From a virus (lineage: Duplodnaviria > Heunggongvirae > Uroviricota > Caudoviricetes): DNA of 39,211 bases. Location: positions 1 through 39,211 of the IMG/VR virus record IMGVR_UViG_2778261139_000004, one strand, 5' to 3'. The position numbers and the translations under genes were made by a program. Positions 9,602 to 18,201 of this stretch are shown here, one piece after another; position 1 is the first letter of the stretch; each line of letters begins with the position of its first letter. Below the pieces are notes generated by a model that ran no database searches, had not been told where the DNA came from, and was given only the letters and a program-made list of their open reading frames with translations.

Positions 9602-9736
9602 GAAACGTTGCTGGCGTCTGAACTTGTTTCTGGCGTCAGCAAGGTTTAACAACGAGCCCTTGTGAGGCGTTAGCTCTGTAGTGCATGTCTATGCCGCATG
9701 AGATCGCATGATCGTTTGAGGATCGTTTTTGCTAAG

Positions 9737-9760
9737 GCCCGCCAGAACTGGCGGGCTTTT
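9737..9760 (+). terminator. Rho-independent terminator ending the early operon
   Basis: GCCCGCCAG-aac-CTGGCGGGC stem-loop followed by TTTT. Confidence 0.6.
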
Positions 9761-9807
9761 GCGTAGATCATGCAGGTGCATGAAAACCACTACATAAAGC
9801 GGGCAGG

Positions 9808-9826
9808 CGTGGCGGGGATACGAGCG
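9808..9826. other. cos-like motif resembling the P2/186 cohesive-end core
   Basis: GGCGTGGCGGGGATACGAG; the first 13 nt match my recollection of the 186 cohesive end (GGCGTGGCGGGGAAAGCAT). Recollection only, not verified. Confidence 0.3.
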
Positions 9827-9832
9827 CGCGCC

Positions 9833-9861
9833 TTGCCTTATATCTATTTGTTCATTAAAAT
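9833..9861 (+). promoter_or_regulatory. Putative sigma70 promoter for the retron ncRNA/RT operon
   Basis: TTGCCT (9833-9838), 17-bp spacer, TAAAAT (9856-9861). Confidence 0.3.
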
Positions 9862-10075
9862 CATTATGCTCTTTAGTGTAGGAACATTGGTTCCAGCCGG
9901 GTGATTAGCCAGGCTTAAATTTATTGTCCGGTTTAGGGTTGCGAAAGACACAGATTTCTCCTTCGCATCCCTGCCCGGGGCAGATATGCGAAGGAGAAAT
10001 CTGTGTCTTTCGCTGTCTTTAGTGAAGAGTCAAAGCGCTATGTAAAGTTGCATAGCGCTTTGGTTTTAAGAGGGG
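9862..10075 (+). ncRNA. Candidate retron msr-msd non-coding RNA region; boundaries approximate
   Basis: Structured non-coding DNA directly upstream of a retron-type RT: palindrome GGAAC-attg-GTTCC (9881-9894), perfect 28-bp inverted repeat (9941-10013) and a perfect 12-bp hairpin (10031-10062). a1/a2 repeats not confidently identified. Confidence 0.4.
9941..10013. repeat. Perfect 28-bp inverted repeat with a 17-nt partly palindromic spacer (candidate msd stem-loop)
   Basis: GCGAAAGACACAGATTTCTCCTTCGCAT (9941-9968) and its exact reverse complement (9986-10013); spacer CCCTGCCCGGGGCAGAT. Confidence 0.9.
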
Positions 10076-10079
10076 TTAT

Positions 10080-11015
10080 ATGCAACTAACTTCTAAAATT
10101 ATCAGTAAGTTTAATTATAATAGATTAGCTTTCCAATTACTTTTAAATGAGGCCCCCAAAAAATATAAAGTTTATTATATTCCTAAACGTGGCGCAGGTT
10201 TTCGGGTGATAGCTCAGCCGACAAAGGAACTAAAAAACGTACAGAGATTTATAGTATCTTTGCTACAGCCAAAGCTGCCTGTTCATCATAAGGCAATGGC
10301 ATATGAATATAAAAAAAGTATTAAAGATAATGCATTGTTGCATAAAGATAATAATTATATTCTTAAAATGGATTTTCAGAACTTCTTTAACAAAATTAAA
10401 CCTGATATATTTTTCTCGAAACTTGAGAACACAGGGCTGAAATTGGATTCATTTGATGAGAATACCCTACGTAATTTGCTTTTTTGGCGTCCGGGAAAAA
10501 AGAGAAGTACAACGTTGATATTAAGTGTAGGGGCGCCAAGCTCACCATTTATTAGTAATTTTGTTATGTATGACTTTGACAAGAGTCTTGATGATTGGTG
10601 CCGTAACAATGGTATCACTTATTCAAGGTATGCAGATGATATAACTTTTTCAACTAATATTAAGGATATATTGTGCAGGGTTCCTAAGGTGGTAAAAAAA
10701 ATGTTGTCGCTCCATGTTCCCGGTCTATCAATCAATGAATCTAAAACAATTTTTACATCGATGGCTCATAATCGGCACGTGACTGGTGTAACACTTACAC
10801 CTCAGGGCAATTTATCAATTGGTCGCGATCGTAAAAGGATGCTGTTTGCAAAGATTCATAAATATTCTTTGGGACTCTTATCTTCCGAAGAAATAAATAA
10901 AACCAAAGGGATGATTGCGTTTGCAAATTATTTGGAGGGTGATTTTTTATTAAGGTTACAAAAAAAATATGGTTGTGAGTTAATAACTAAGTTCCTGATG
11001 GAAGGAAACAAATAA
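10080..11015 (+). CDS. Retron-type reverse transcriptase
   Basis: 311 aa with the RT active-site motif YADD (SRYADDITFS), an upstream GAPSSP motif, and the retron-typical VTG motif (NRHVTGV) downstream. AT-rich cargo. Confidence 0.85.
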   Translation: MQLTSKIISKFNYNRLAFQLLLNEAPKKYKVYYIPKRGAGFRVIAQPTKELKNVQRFIVSLLQPKLPVHHKAMAYEYKKSIKDNALLHKDNNYILKMDFQNFFNKIKPDIFFSKLENTGLKLDSFDENTLRNLLFWRPGKKRSTTLILSVGAPSSPFISNFVMYDFDKSLDDWCRNNGITYSRYADDITFSTNIKDILCRVPKVVKKMLSLHVPGLSINESKTIFTSMAHNRHVTGVTLTPQGNLSIGRDRKRMLFAKIHKYSLGLLSSEEINKTKGMIAFANYLEGDFLLRLQKKYGCELITKFLMEGNK

Positions 11016-12649
11016 TGATAAATAAAATGAATTTAGAGACTTGCTATGTTGATTTTTTAGAGTTGGAATCACATGTGATAAACGAGGATTATTTGAAGGA
11101 GTCTGTTGAGCTTCAAAAGCTAATATCTACTTTAAATGAGAGTAAGTTTCATTTAAATAAAATAGGTATACATGATTTTAAACGGATAAGAGAACTACAG
11201 ATTTCTTTAGAAGATGATTTGACTGTTTTTGTCGGGGATAACGGATTCGGTAAAAGCACTATTTTGGATGCAATAGCAATTGTTTTGAGTTGGTTGAGAT
11301 CAAATATTGAAAAGGAGAGTAAGCCTGGTACTTATATTAAAAGCCATGAAGTTAATAACTCTGTTGATGTTGAGTATGCATCAATTGATGCAAATATAAA
11401 ACTCAAGGACTTTAATACCAGTATTTTGATTACTAAAGCGAAAGAGGGGGCATATTATTCTAGAAATAATGAATTGTTGGAGGTAAAAAAACTTGCAAGT
11501 ATTTATAGACTTGTGAATAAATATGTTGATAATGCAAGCTTGCCTTTGATGGCATATTATTCTATTGCGCGTTCTTATATAGGCGGCGGGGTTGATAGGA
11601 AAAGAAAAAATGCTAAAACTAAAACTGTATGGTCAAAATTCGATGTGTATGATGAAATCGAGTTTGACAGAAATGATTTTACCGATTTTTTTCAATGGCT
11701 TGTATTTCTTCATAACAGAGCTTCACAAGAGAAATTGAGTGAGTCACAAACGACAATCAATGCGTTATTTTCAGATATTCAGAGTTTGAAAGCAACATTA
11801 ACTCAACTATCTGCGATTGATAATATTGATTCAACAGTTATAAAAGGTTTAGAGCTTTCGCTTAAAGAAAAATTGAACTACATGAAATCTCTGCAATCAG
11901 GAGAACATAAGTTTAATAATGCAGTATCACTTTATGATAGTGTTATAAATACCATTCTAAAGTTCTTGCCTGAATTTCAGTGGATTAAGCTTGTTTATGG
12001 TGATGATGATTATAAGATTATCCTTAAAAAAGGAGAGGTTGAATTAGATATTCAACAGTTGTCTCAAGGTGAGAAAACTATATTTACTTTAGTTGGTGAT
12101 TTGGCTCGACGTTTAATTTTACTTAATCCAAATTTATCTAATCCTCTATTGGGATATGGGATTGTTTTAATTGATGAAATTGATTTGCATTTGCATCCGC
12201 AATGGCAACAGACAATTATTGAGCGTTTGACATCTACATTCCCAAATGTTCAATTTGTAATTACTACCCATAGCCCACAGGTTTTATCCACTGTTAGCTC
12301 TCGTTCAGTGCGTATTCTACAGGAAGTGGAAGTAGATGGTGTTAATGATTTGATAGTGTCTCACCCCGACTATCAAATAAAAGGTGTTAGTAATCAGGAT
12401 GCACTTTTATATGGAATGAGAACTGATCCTATACCCTCTACTAAAGAAAATGGTTGGCTTGAAGAATATAAAAAATTGGTTGAGCTTAATCGTTATAGCA
12501 GTGACGAGGCTCTTTTGTTAAGAGAAAAAGTTATTAAACATTTCGGATTAGACCATCCTTTAGTTCAAGAGTGTGATGATCTTATATCTGTTTTGGAGTT
12601 CAAAAATAAGATAAATCAGCACTTTTCTGGAAGTAAGGATGTAAAATGA
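11015..12649 (+). CDS. PtuA-like ABC/AAA-type ATPase (Septu-type effector partner of the RT)
   Basis: Walker A GDNGFGKST, Walker B VLIDEIDLHLHP, TTHSP motif. Start overlaps the RT stop. Confidence 0.8.
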   Translation: MINKMNLETCYVDFLELESHVINEDYLKESVELQKLISTLNESKFHLNKIGIHDFKRIRELQISLEDDLTVFVGDNGFGKSTILDAIAIVLSWLRSNIEKESKPGTYIKSHEVNNSVDVEYASIDANIKLKDFNTSILITKAKEGAYYSRNNELLEVKKLASIYRLVNKYVDNASLPLMAYYSIARSYIGGGVDRKRKNAKTKTVWSKFDVYDEIEFDRNDFTDFFQWLVFLHNRASQEKLSESQTTINALFSDIQSLKATLTQLSAIDNIDSTVIKGLELSLKEKLNYMKSLQSGEHKFNNAVSLYDSVINTILKFLPEFQWIKLVYGDDDYKIILKKGEVELDIQQLSQGEKTIFTLVGDLARRLILLNPNLSNPLLGYGIVLIDEIDLHLHPQWQQTIIERLTSTFPNVQFVITTHSPQVLSTVSSRSVRILQEVEVDGVNDLIVSHPDYQIKGVSNQDALLYGMRTDPIPSTKENGWLEEYKKLVELNRYSSDEALLLREKVIKHFGLDHPLVQECDDLISVLEFKNKINQHFSGSKDVK

Positions 12650-13329
12650 AATATCTATCTAGGCAAATGCCAGGGCCTTCCGTTCTTAATAAATTTGACT
12701 ATAGGAGGGATGATTGGAATTCCCTATCATCAAATGATAAAAAAGAAATATGGGAAGAAATAATAAAAATGCAAGGTAAATTATGTGCTTATTGCGAGAA
12801 AAAAATAGAGCATCATAAAAGTGGTGGCAAAAATAAAGTTGAGAGGCATATTGAGCATTTTTACAGGAAAAGTTATTACAAAAATTTAACTTTCGAGTGG
12901 TCTAATTTGTTTGGCTCATGTGGTGAGCCGCAAAGGTGTGGGTTTTATAAGGATAAGCAAAAATATAACGATGATGATTTAATTAAAGCTGATAGACAAA
13001 ATCCAGATGTTTTTTTCCATTTTTTGGAAAATGGTGATGTTCATATTAGAGAAGGCTTGAATGAGAAAGAACACAAAATGGCAGAGGTTACGTTAAGAGT
13101 ATTTAACTTAAACCCGTCCTCAGGAGGAGTCAAGGCGGAAAGAAGACGTGCAATAGAATTAAGCATGACATTAATAAAGGAACTGGTCGGATGTGCATCT
13201 CAGCTTATTGAATCAGGATGTGAAATTGAAGATGTTAGATCTATGGTCTTTGATGAGTTTAAAAAGAATGTAAAAGATAGATGCTTTACCACTGCGATAA
13301 AGCATGTTTTTGAGAATAGAATGCCTTAA
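12646..13329 (+). CDS. PtuB-like HNH-type nuclease
   Basis: CAYCEKKIEHH ... ERHIEHF ... SCGEPQRCG cysteine/histidine pattern consistent with an HNH zinc-finger nuclease. Overlaps the ATPase stop by 4 nt. Confidence 0.65.
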   Translation: MKYLSRQMPGPSVLNKFDYRRDDWNSLSSNDKKEIWEEIIKMQGKLCAYCEKKIEHHKSGGKNKVERHIEHFYRKSYYKNLTFEWSNLFGSCGEPQRCGFYKDKQKYNDDDLIKADRQNPDVFFHFLENGDVHIREGLNEKEHKMAEVTLRVFNLNPSSGGVKAERRRAIELSMTLIKELVGCASQLIESGCEIEDVRSMVFDEFKKNVKDRCFTTAIKHVFENRMP

Positions 13330-13352
13330 AGGTTAGAGGGATGTATATATAA

Positions 13353-14384
13353 TTAATCTATATTATATTCTGAGAAATTGATAATATGCATCCCTATCCA
13401 CTGATTAAATTCATGGATTTTTTTTTGTAGAGGTACTAATTCATTTGTCACAAAAACCTTACTAGCTTTCTCCACATCCCCAAACCCCCCAACATTATTC
13501 GGCATAATCCCCATCATTTGCGGCGGCACACGGTGTGCCGCCATCATGTCGTCCCGGCTCACGTTCTTGATATTCAGAAATTCATCCTTCGCTGCAACTT
13601 CTGACAACGGGATGATCTGAAGCCCGTCCTTTTTGCCGTTAGGCGAGTACATAAACAAGTTACGGAAGTTGCCCGGTCCTTTGGCGCTTTTCATCGCGTT
13701 GCGGAGGTTGTTCACATCCTCCTGGTTCTGCGCGGCGTCAGTCATATACATGATGAAGCCTGCATGACTGCCGTTAATGTAATACTTGCGGCGGAACAGC
13801 GTGGCGGACTCGTTGAGCAGGGCTGACGGAATGGCAGAAAGATAACCGGGCAGGCCGTAGATCTCCTGGTTGATGTCCGGTTCCATCAGATGAAAAATGC
13901 TGCCTTTCGCGAACTGATACGGCTGGGTTGTCATACCGTATTGCACAAACCAGTAGGTATCCAGGTCTAACCCGCGTCGGGTGTATTTTGCCAGCGCAGG
14001 CTCAAGGGCGATAACTTCACCGAATCGGTTCGTGCGTTTCTCCAGGTAGGCGTTACCAAATACCAGATAGTCCAGCACAAAACGCGAAAAAGCCTGCTGG
14101 CTGAGAAGCGGGTGAGGGATGTAGGTGCTGGTCAGAATGTTGCATTTCACTGCAATTGGTGAACTGTGATGCACGGCAGCGCGGAAGGTGCGCGCCAGTC
14201 CGTCAAAGCTGACGGGAGGCTCATACCAGCGATCTGTCTGTACGCATTCCACATAGTCCAGCAGTTCGCGGCGGTCAAGTACTGGAATGGGATCACCGAA
14301 GCTGAATGCTTCGGCTGAAGCTTGGCTTTTATGCTGGATCTGGTTCGTCGCCGCAGCGCGTTTTTTTTTACTCTTTCCCATCAA
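13353..14384 (-). CDS. Q: Portal protein (P2 gpQ-like)
   Basis: 343 aa, syntenic with P2 Q immediately before the terminase ATPase gene; overlaps the P stop by 4 nt. Its 3' end is AT-rich. Confidence 0.85.
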   Translation of the reverse strand: MMGKSKKKRAAATNQIQHKSQASAEAFSFGDPIPVLDRRELLDYVECVQTDRWYEPPVSFDGLARTFRAAVHHSSPIAVKCNILTSTYIPHPLLSQQAFSRFVLDYLVFGNAYLEKRTNRFGEVIALEPALAKYTRRGLDLDTYWFVQYGMTTQPYQFAKGSIFHLMEPDINQEIYGLPGYLSAIPSALLNESATLFRRKYYINGSHAGFIMYMTDAAQNQEDVNNLRNAMKSAKGPGNFRNLFMYSPNGKKDGLQIIPLSEVAAKDEFLNIKNVSRDDMMAAHRVPPQMMGIMPNNVGGFGDVEKASKVFVTNELVPLQKKIHEFNQWIGMHIINFSEYNID

Positions 14385-16147
14385 AAAATCTCCACAATAT
14401 TGCTGGTATTGGCGGACTCGCCCTGCAGCGGTTCGTTAAACAGTGCGTGCATTGTTGCCCAGGCCAGATCGGCATGGCTGGCTTCTTCACTGCGGCTTGC
14501 TTCATAGGTCGGGCGGTTGCCGCTGGCGGTGGTTGCGCGACGGATTGCCATAAATGACTGCGCTATGTCGGTGTGTCCGGCGTCAAACTCCAGACGACGG
14601 TGACTGATAATGTCGTAGGCCTTGAGTACCAGGGCGTTTTTAACGTTGGGGTTGTAGACAAACTCCCGGACGGCTGGAAAAAACGCTTTCACGTTTTCAT
14701 AAACCCCGTGACCGACACCCGTCGAGTCGATGCCGATATAGGTCACGTTGTACTGTTCGGTCAGTTTTTTGATGGCGTCAGCCTGGGCGCGGAAGTCCAT
14801 CCCGCGCCACTGGTGACGCTCAAGAATGCGGAACTTACCGCCCGGCACGGCTGGCGGTGCCACCACCACGCATCCGGCGCTGTCGCCGTTTTGCGTACCT
14901 TTTGCCGGGTCATAACCGATCCACACCTCGCGCCAGCCAAACGGGCGCAGGGCCAGTGCATGAAAGTCGGTCCAGACTTCCCAGCTGTCCACCATGCACG
15001 CCTGCAGCTCGCTGAGCGGGAACACGGACGCGAGATCGTCCACGAACTCGCACATCAGCAGGTTCTGGTATTCGTCCGGGCTGTACTCCATGCGCAACTG
15101 GTCAAGGTCGAACAGGTTACAGCCGCCGCGCACCGCATCTTCCACGGTGACTATCTGGCGGTATTGCCCGTCTGCGCACAGCAGGCCGGGGGCCAGATTG
15201 CTATGGGACAGGTCGATGTCCACCTTGTCGGCTTTGTTGCGTCCACGGTTGAACAGCGCACCGGACCAGAACGGATAAGCACTGTGGGTCAGGCTGGATG
15301 GCGTGGAAAAATAGGTTTGTCGCCATTTTTTGTGAATAGCCATACCGGAAGCCACTTTGCGCAGCTCCTGGAATTTCGGTATCCAGAAATATTCATCCAG
15401 ATACAGGTTGCCGTGGTAACTCTGGGCCGTGCGGGCATTGGTGCCGAGGAAGTAAAGAGTGGCCCCGTTGGGAAGCACCATCGGATCGCCTTTCAGCTCC
15501 ACCTCCACTTCTTTGGCGAAGTCGATGATGTACTGTTTAAAGACGTGGGCCTGTGCCTTACTGGCGGAAAGGAAAATCTGGTTACGTCCGGTTAGCAGGG
15601 CGTCAATCAGGGCTTCACGGGCAAAATAGAAGGTCGCGCCGATCTGGCGTGACTTCAGCAGGTTGCGGATGCGGTTGGTTTTTCCGGCTTCCCACCAGTG
15701 GCGCTGGTAGTTGAACATGGAGGAATGGAAGATTTCTTCCAGCTTCTCAATCTGTTCATCGGTGAAAACATTCTTTTCCGGCTGACGGCGCGGGCCTTTG
15801 TTGCGGTTGGCGACGTTAGGGTTTAAGTCGGCTTCGTTGCCGCCATTGTTAAACTTGCCGATCCGCGCGTGGCGCTCCGACTGGCGCGCCAGCAGGTCAA
15901 TTTCTTTAAAGTCTTTCCCTTCTTTGTGCTCCTTCATGATGAGCTGGCAGTAGCGTGCGGCGGTGGTGAGCTGCATCTGATCCAGCGGCCCATAGTAACC
16001 CCACTTGTCGCGTTTTTTCCAGCTGTGAACGGTTGCAACTTTCTCGCCCAGCATTTCAGCAATGCGGGCTACGCGGTATCCCTGAAAGTACAGCAGCATG
16101 GCCTGCCGACGGGGATCGAGATCTGCGGATGTCAGTGTGGTGTTCAT
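14381..16147 (-). CDS. P: Terminase large (ATPase) subunit (P2 gpP-like)
   Basis: 588-aa ORF divergent from the O-N-M-L operon, in the P2 position. Confidence 0.85.
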   Translation of the reverse strand: MNTTLTSADLDPRRQAMLLYFQGYRVARIAEMLGEKVATVHSWKKRDKWGYYGPLDQMQLTTAARYCQLIMKEHKEGKDFKEIDLLARQSERHARIGKFNNGGNEADLNPNVANRNKGPRRQPEKNVFTDEQIEKLEEIFHSSMFNYQRHWWEAGKTNRIRNLLKSRQIGATFYFAREALIDALLTGRNQIFLSASKAQAHVFKQYIIDFAKEVEVELKGDPMVLPNGATLYFLGTNARTAQSYHGNLYLDEYFWIPKFQELRKVASGMAIHKKWRQTYFSTPSSLTHSAYPFWSGALFNRGRNKADKVDIDLSHSNLAPGLLCADGQYRQIVTVEDAVRGGCNLFDLDQLRMEYSPDEYQNLLMCEFVDDLASVFPLSELQACMVDSWEVWTDFHALALRPFGWREVWIGYDPAKGTQNGDSAGCVVVAPPAVPGGKFRILERHQWRGMDFRAQADAIKKLTEQYNVTYIGIDSTGVGHGVYENVKAFFPAVREFVYNPNVKNALVLKAYDIISHRRLEFDAGHTDIAQSFMAIRRATTASGNRPTYEASRSEEASHADLAWATMHALFNEPLQGESANTSNIVEIF

Positions 16148-16193
16148 GGCACAAACCTACAGCCTTGAATAAAGGCTTTCCCCGCCTGCGGTT

Positions 16194-16211
16194 TGTGTGG
16201 TTGTCGGTACA
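16194..16211. promoter_or_regulatory. TGT-N12-ACA element, candidate Ogr-dependent late promoter activator site in the P/O divergent region
   Basis: TGTGTGGTTGTCGGTACA in the 142-bp region between divergent P and O. Confidence 0.35.
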
Positions 16212-16289
16212 AATACCGCGCATTGTTTCACTGCCCCCATCACCGCAACCATAAGGCTCCAGTAAGTTTTTTCTAACGGAGCACGGCTC

Positions 16290-17123
16290 ATGACAGTGAA
16301 AGCAAAGCGTTTTCGCATCGGGGTGGAAGGTGCCACCACCGACGGACGCGAAATCCAGCGTGAATGGCTGGAACAGATGGCAGCCAGCTACAACCCGGCG
16401 GTGTACACCGCGCTGATTAACCTTGAGCACATCAAGTCTTATCTGCCGGACAGCACCTTTAACCGCTACGGCAAGGTGACGGCGCTGTTTGCTGAAGAAA
16501 TCACGGAAGGTCCGCTGGCAGGCAAGATGGCATTGTATGCCGACGTTGAGCCAACGGAGTCCCTGGTGGAACTGGTGAAAAAAGGCCAGAAATTATTCAC
16601 CTCTATGGAAGTCAGCCCGAAGTTCGCTGATACGGGCAAAGCCTACCTGGTTGGCCTGGCCGCCACTGATGATCCCGCCAGTCTGGGTACGGAAATGCTG
16701 ACATTCAGCGCCAGTGCAGCCCATAACCCGCTGGCAAACCGCAAGCAGAATCCCGCCAATCTTTTTACCGCTGCAGAGGAAACGGTGATCGAACTGGAAG
16801 AAATCCAGGAGGACAAGCCGTCCCTGTTTGCCCGTGTCACGGCGCTGTTTACCAAAAAAGAGCAGTCCGATGACGCCCGGTTCTCTGATGTGCATAAGGC
16901 CGTGGAGCTGGTCGCCACTGAGCAGCAGAACCTGAGCGCACGCACCGAAAAATCCCTGTCTGAGCAGGAAGAACGCCTGTCTGAGCTGGAGACTGCTCTG
17001 CAGGAGCAGCAAACCGCCTTTAACGAACTGGTGAATAAGCTGAGTCATGAAGACAGCCGCCAGGACTACCGCCAGCGTGCAACAGGCGGTAACGCCCCCG
17101 CTGACACTCTGACCAATTGCTGA
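16290..17123 (+). CDS. O: Capsid scaffolding protein (P2 gpO-like)
   Basis: 277 aa, first gene of the rightward head operon; coiled-coil-rich C-terminus. Confidence 0.85.
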   Translation: MTVKAKRFRIGVEGATTDGREIQREWLEQMAASYNPAVYTALINLEHIKSYLPDSTFNRYGKVTALFAEEITEGPLAGKMALYADVEPTESLVELVKKGQKLFTSMEVSPKFADTGKAYLVGLAATDDPASLGTEMLTFSASAAHNPLANRKQNPANLFTAAEETVIELEEIQEDKPSLFARVTALFTKKEQSDDARFSDVHKAVELVATEQQNLSARTEKSLSEQEERLSELETALQEQQTAFNELVNKLSHEDSRQDYRQRATGGNAPADTLTNC

Positions 17124-17139
17124 TGGAGCACAAAACCTG

Positions 17140-18198
17140 ATGAAGAAGAATACCCGCTTTGCTTTTAACGCTTACCTGCAGCAACTGGCACGTCTGAACG
17201 GTGTGGCAGTTGAAGAACTGTCCAGCAAGTTCACTGTAGAGCCGTCTGTGCAGCAGACGCTGGAAGACCAGATCCAGCAGTCCGCCGCTTTCCTGACGCT
17301 GATTAACGTCACGCCAGTGCCTGAGCAGTCCGGTCAGCTGCTGGGGCTGGGTGTTGGCAGCACCATTGCCGGAACCACTGACACCACCGCGAAAGAGCGT
17401 GAACCTGTCGATCCGACGCTGATGGTCGATGTGGAATACAAATGCGAACAGACCAACTTTGACACGGTGCTGACCTACGCGAAGCTGGACCTGTGGGCGA
17501 AGTTTCAGGATTTCCAGGTGCGTATCCGTAACGCCATCGTGAAACGTCAGGCACTGGACCGCATCATGATTGGCTTTAACGGCGTGAAGCGTGCGAAAAC
17601 CTCTAACCGTAGCGAAAACCCGCTGCTGCAGGATGTGAACAAAGGCTGGCTGCAGAAAATCCGTGAGGATGCACCGGATCACGTCATGGGCAGCACCATC
17701 ACGGGCGGTGAAACCACACCGGGTGCGGTGAAAGTCGGGAAAGGTGGCGAATATGCCAACCTGGACGCCGTGGTGATGGATGCCGTCAATGAGCTTATCG
17801 ACGTGGTCTACCAGGACGATGACGATCTGGTGGTGATTTGCGGTCGTGAACTGCTGTCTGACAAGTATTTCCCGCTGGTCAACAAAGAGCAGGAAAACAG
17901 TGAAAAACTGGCTGCCGATATGATCATCAGTCAGAAACGCATGGGTGGCCTTCAGGCCGTGCGTGCGCCGTTCTTCCCGCCGAATGCGCTGCTGATCACC
18001 CGTCTGGATAACCTGTCCATCTACTGGCAGGAAGACACCCGCCGCCGTTCAGTTATCGACAACCCGAAACGTGACCGGATTGAAAACTTTGAATCCGTTA
18101 ACGAAGCCTATGTGGTTGAGGACTACCGCTGCGCCGCACTGGTGGAAAACATCCAGATTGGTGATTTCAGCGCCGCCGCAGCCGAAACCGGAGCGTAA
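17140..18198 (+). CDS. N: Major capsid protein (P2 gpN-like)
   Basis: 352-aa ORF after the scaffold gene. Confidence 0.9.
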   Translation: MKKNTRFAFNAYLQQLARLNGVAVEELSSKFTVEPSVQQTLEDQIQQSAAFLTLINVTPVPEQSGQLLGLGVGSTIAGTTDTTAKEREPVDPTLMVDVEYKCEQTNFDTVLTYAKLDLWAKFQDFQVRIRNAIVKRQALDRIMIGFNGVKRAKTSNRSENPLLQDVNKGWLQKIREDAPDHVMGSTITGGETTPGAVKVGKGGEYANLDAVVMDAVNELIDVVYQDDDDLVVICGRELLSDKYFPLVNKEQENSEKLAADMIISQKRMGGLQAVRAPFFPPNALLITRLDNLSIYWQEDTRRRSVIDNPKRDRIENFESVNEAYVVEDYRCAALVENIQIGDFSAAAAETGA

Positions 18199-18201
18199 TC
18201 C

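Noticed and set aside
9612-9650. Direct repeat CTGGCGTC x2 flanked by TTGCTG/CAGCAA after the dinI-like gene
   Set aside because: Short and imperfect; cannot distinguish a binding site from chance, and the adjacent canonical terminator explains transcript ending.
14573-15595. 340-aa plus-strand ORF
   Set aside because: Lies entirely antisense within the terminase ATPase gene P in GC-rich DNA; typical shadow ORF with no start context.
16172-16190. Second GC-rich motif (GGCTTTCCCCGCC) resembling the cohesive-end core
   Set aside because: Lies within the P/O divergent promoter region, where cos is not expected by P2 synteny; the similarity is partial and may reflect my imperfect recollection of the cos sequence.
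16593-17682. Minus-strand ORFs of 151 and 220 aa
   Set aside because: Antisense to scaffold and major capsid genes.
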